Source: Nemertoderma westbladi
Lineage: Eukaryota > Animalia > Xenacoelomorpha
Assembly: GCA_032718475.1 (NCBI GenBank)
Contig: JAUCBJ010002964.1
Location: 5,551 to 69,550, forward strand
Direction: 5' to 3'
Length of the DNA: 64,000 nucleotides
Numbering within the stretch: position 1 is the first letter of the stretch; each line of letters starts with the position of its first letter. Below, piece after piece: positions 62,001-64,000 of the stretch. The position numbers and the translations under genes are program-made. Below the pieces are notes generated by a model. That model did no database searches, was not told the origin of the DNA, and saw only the letters and a list, made by a program, of their open reading frames with translations.

Positions 62001-64000
62001 TAGTATCTACATCATTGTCCAGAATAGGGTGTTTCCCTTCACTTCTATGGGGCTTTCTATTATTCCTACCTGTCCCAAATACGTTGTGTGATGATTTCCA
62101 ACCTGTCCAATATAGGGGCATCCAATCAAATCATCATATGAGCGAACTCCTCTTCATCGGACCAATACCAACATTCCTAAAGTTAGGCATCTCCCTTATT
62201 GGCTATATAATGTAAAGGTTAACGGAAAATTCCACTGATATATAATCCAAGTGTCAACTACGAATCCAGGGCTCATTATAACAACCTATACTGGACAGAG
62301 CAACGTATTTGGGACAAGAGCTGGTTGAGGTATATGTACAGTGGAAATTCCTATTCTAAATAAGGGCATTTGGAATGCTTGTTCCCTAGTTATGGTTAAA
62401 GATATACTGTGGGTGCCTTGCAAATGGCCTGTACGACTGATGCATTATAGGCTATAGTGTCATCATAGTCACGTTATTTAATTTCATGTTGTACAATTTA
62501 TTCATATTGTGCAATTTATTCATGTTGTGCAATTTATTCTTTGTGCAATTTATTCATGTGGTGCAATTTATTCACTTATAATAAATCTAAATACATTCGT
62601 ATATTAATAATTAAATGACAATCAAATTAGTGATATCGCAACCTCCTCCCCTGGACACAACTTCATCCCAAATAGTCCTTAATAAGTCTTAAATTTGACT
62701 CAAATAGGTTGTTAGTGTCCCATATAGGGTGTTTGTGTCCCATATAGGTTGATTTTGTCCAAAATAGCCTGTAGCTTTATCAAAATTATTTCAAATAGTT
62801 TGTAAATGTAAAGGAATACTGAAAAGAATATCGACTTCATAATCACAGCTTTAATTCCAATTTGACCCAAATAGGTTGTTTATGTCCCATATAGGGTGTT
62901 TGTGTCCCACACAGGGTGTTTTTGTACCAAGTAGCATGTAACTTTCTCAAAATGATTTTACATAGTTTATAAATATGATGGAAATACTCAAAAGAAAATA
63001 GAATCCACTATCATAGCTTTAATTTAAATTTGTCCCAAATAGGTTGTTTGTGTCCCATATAGGGTGTTTGTGTCCAGTATATGGTGTGAAGTGCTTATAA
63101 TGATTTCAAATAGTTTCGAAATGTAATGGAATACTCAAAAGAATATAGCATTCACTATCATAGCTTTAATTTAAATTTGTCCCAAATAGGTTGTTTGTGT
63201 CCCATATAGGGTGTTTGTGTCCCAAATAGCGTGTGACTTTCTCAAAATGATTTTAAATAGTTTCTAAATCTCATGGAATACTCAAAAGAATATAAAATTC
63301 ACTACTATAGCTTTAATTTCAATTTGTCCCAAATAGGTTGTTTTTGACTCATATAGGGTGTTTATGTCCCGTATAGGGTGTGAATTGCTTATAATGATTT
63401 CAAATAGTTTCTAAATGTAATGGAATCCTCAAAAGAATATAGAATTCACTATCATAGCTTTAATTTAAATTTGTCCCAAATAGGTTGTTTATGTCCCATA
63501 TAGGGTGTTTGTGTCCCATATAGGGTGTTTGTGTCCCAAATTGCGTGTGACTTTCTCAAAATGATTTTACATAGTTTATAAATATAATGGAATAGTCAAA
63601 AGCAAATATAATTCACTATCATAGCTTTAATTCAAATTTGTCCCAAATAGGTTGTTTTTGTCCCATATAGGGTGTTTGTTTCCCGTATAGGGTGTGAATT
63701 GCTTATAATAATTTCAAGTAGTTTCTAAATGTAATGGAATCCTCAAAAGAATATATAATTCACTACCATAGCTTTAATTTCAATTTGTCCCAAATAGGTT
63801 GTTTTTGTCCCATATAGGGTGTTTGTGTCCCGTATAGGGTGTGTATTTCTTATAATGATTTCAAATAGTTTCTAAATGCAGGGGAATACTCAAAAGAATA
63901 TAGAATTCACTACCATAGCTGTAATTTCAATTTGTCCCAAATAGGTTTTTTTGGCCCATATAGGGTGTTTATGTCCCGTATACTGTAGGATGTTTGTATC
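62001..64000. repeat. Left arm and satellite of the duplicated foldback element (unit B), running off the window
   Basis: Near-identical to 34091-~36200; satellite starts at ~62695. Confidence 0.92.

Overview
AT-rich animal (invertebrate-like) genomic DNA. It has one clear host gene, an intronless Patched-domain (PTCHD3-like) sterol-sensing membrane protein at 4956-7766 (-), inside a nest of mobile DNA. The mobile DNA includes three RTE LINE copies, L2 and RTE-X-like fragments, several MITEs, a 258-bp perfect palindrome, a ~6.4-kb foldback element built from inverted satellite arrays, and a tandem segmental duplication. There are also two full-length, mutually divergent Bel/Pao LTR retrotransposons (11867-25861 -, 43534-60805 +) and two solo LTRs of the first family. 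The most notable signal is shared by both Bel/Pao elements. Neither has a tRNA-type (TGG...) primer-binding site. In each, the bases directly after the 5' LTR are perfectly complementary (9 and 11 nt, extending into a longer bulged duplex) to a segment of its own LTR about 75-105 nt downstream of the predicted start site, and the pairing stops exactly at the LTR edge. This suggests self-primed reverse transcription. Both elements also carry a homologous extra 3' ORF with DEDDy 3'-5' exonuclease-like motifs and a triple zinc knuckle. All calls were made by eye; no searches or folding were run.
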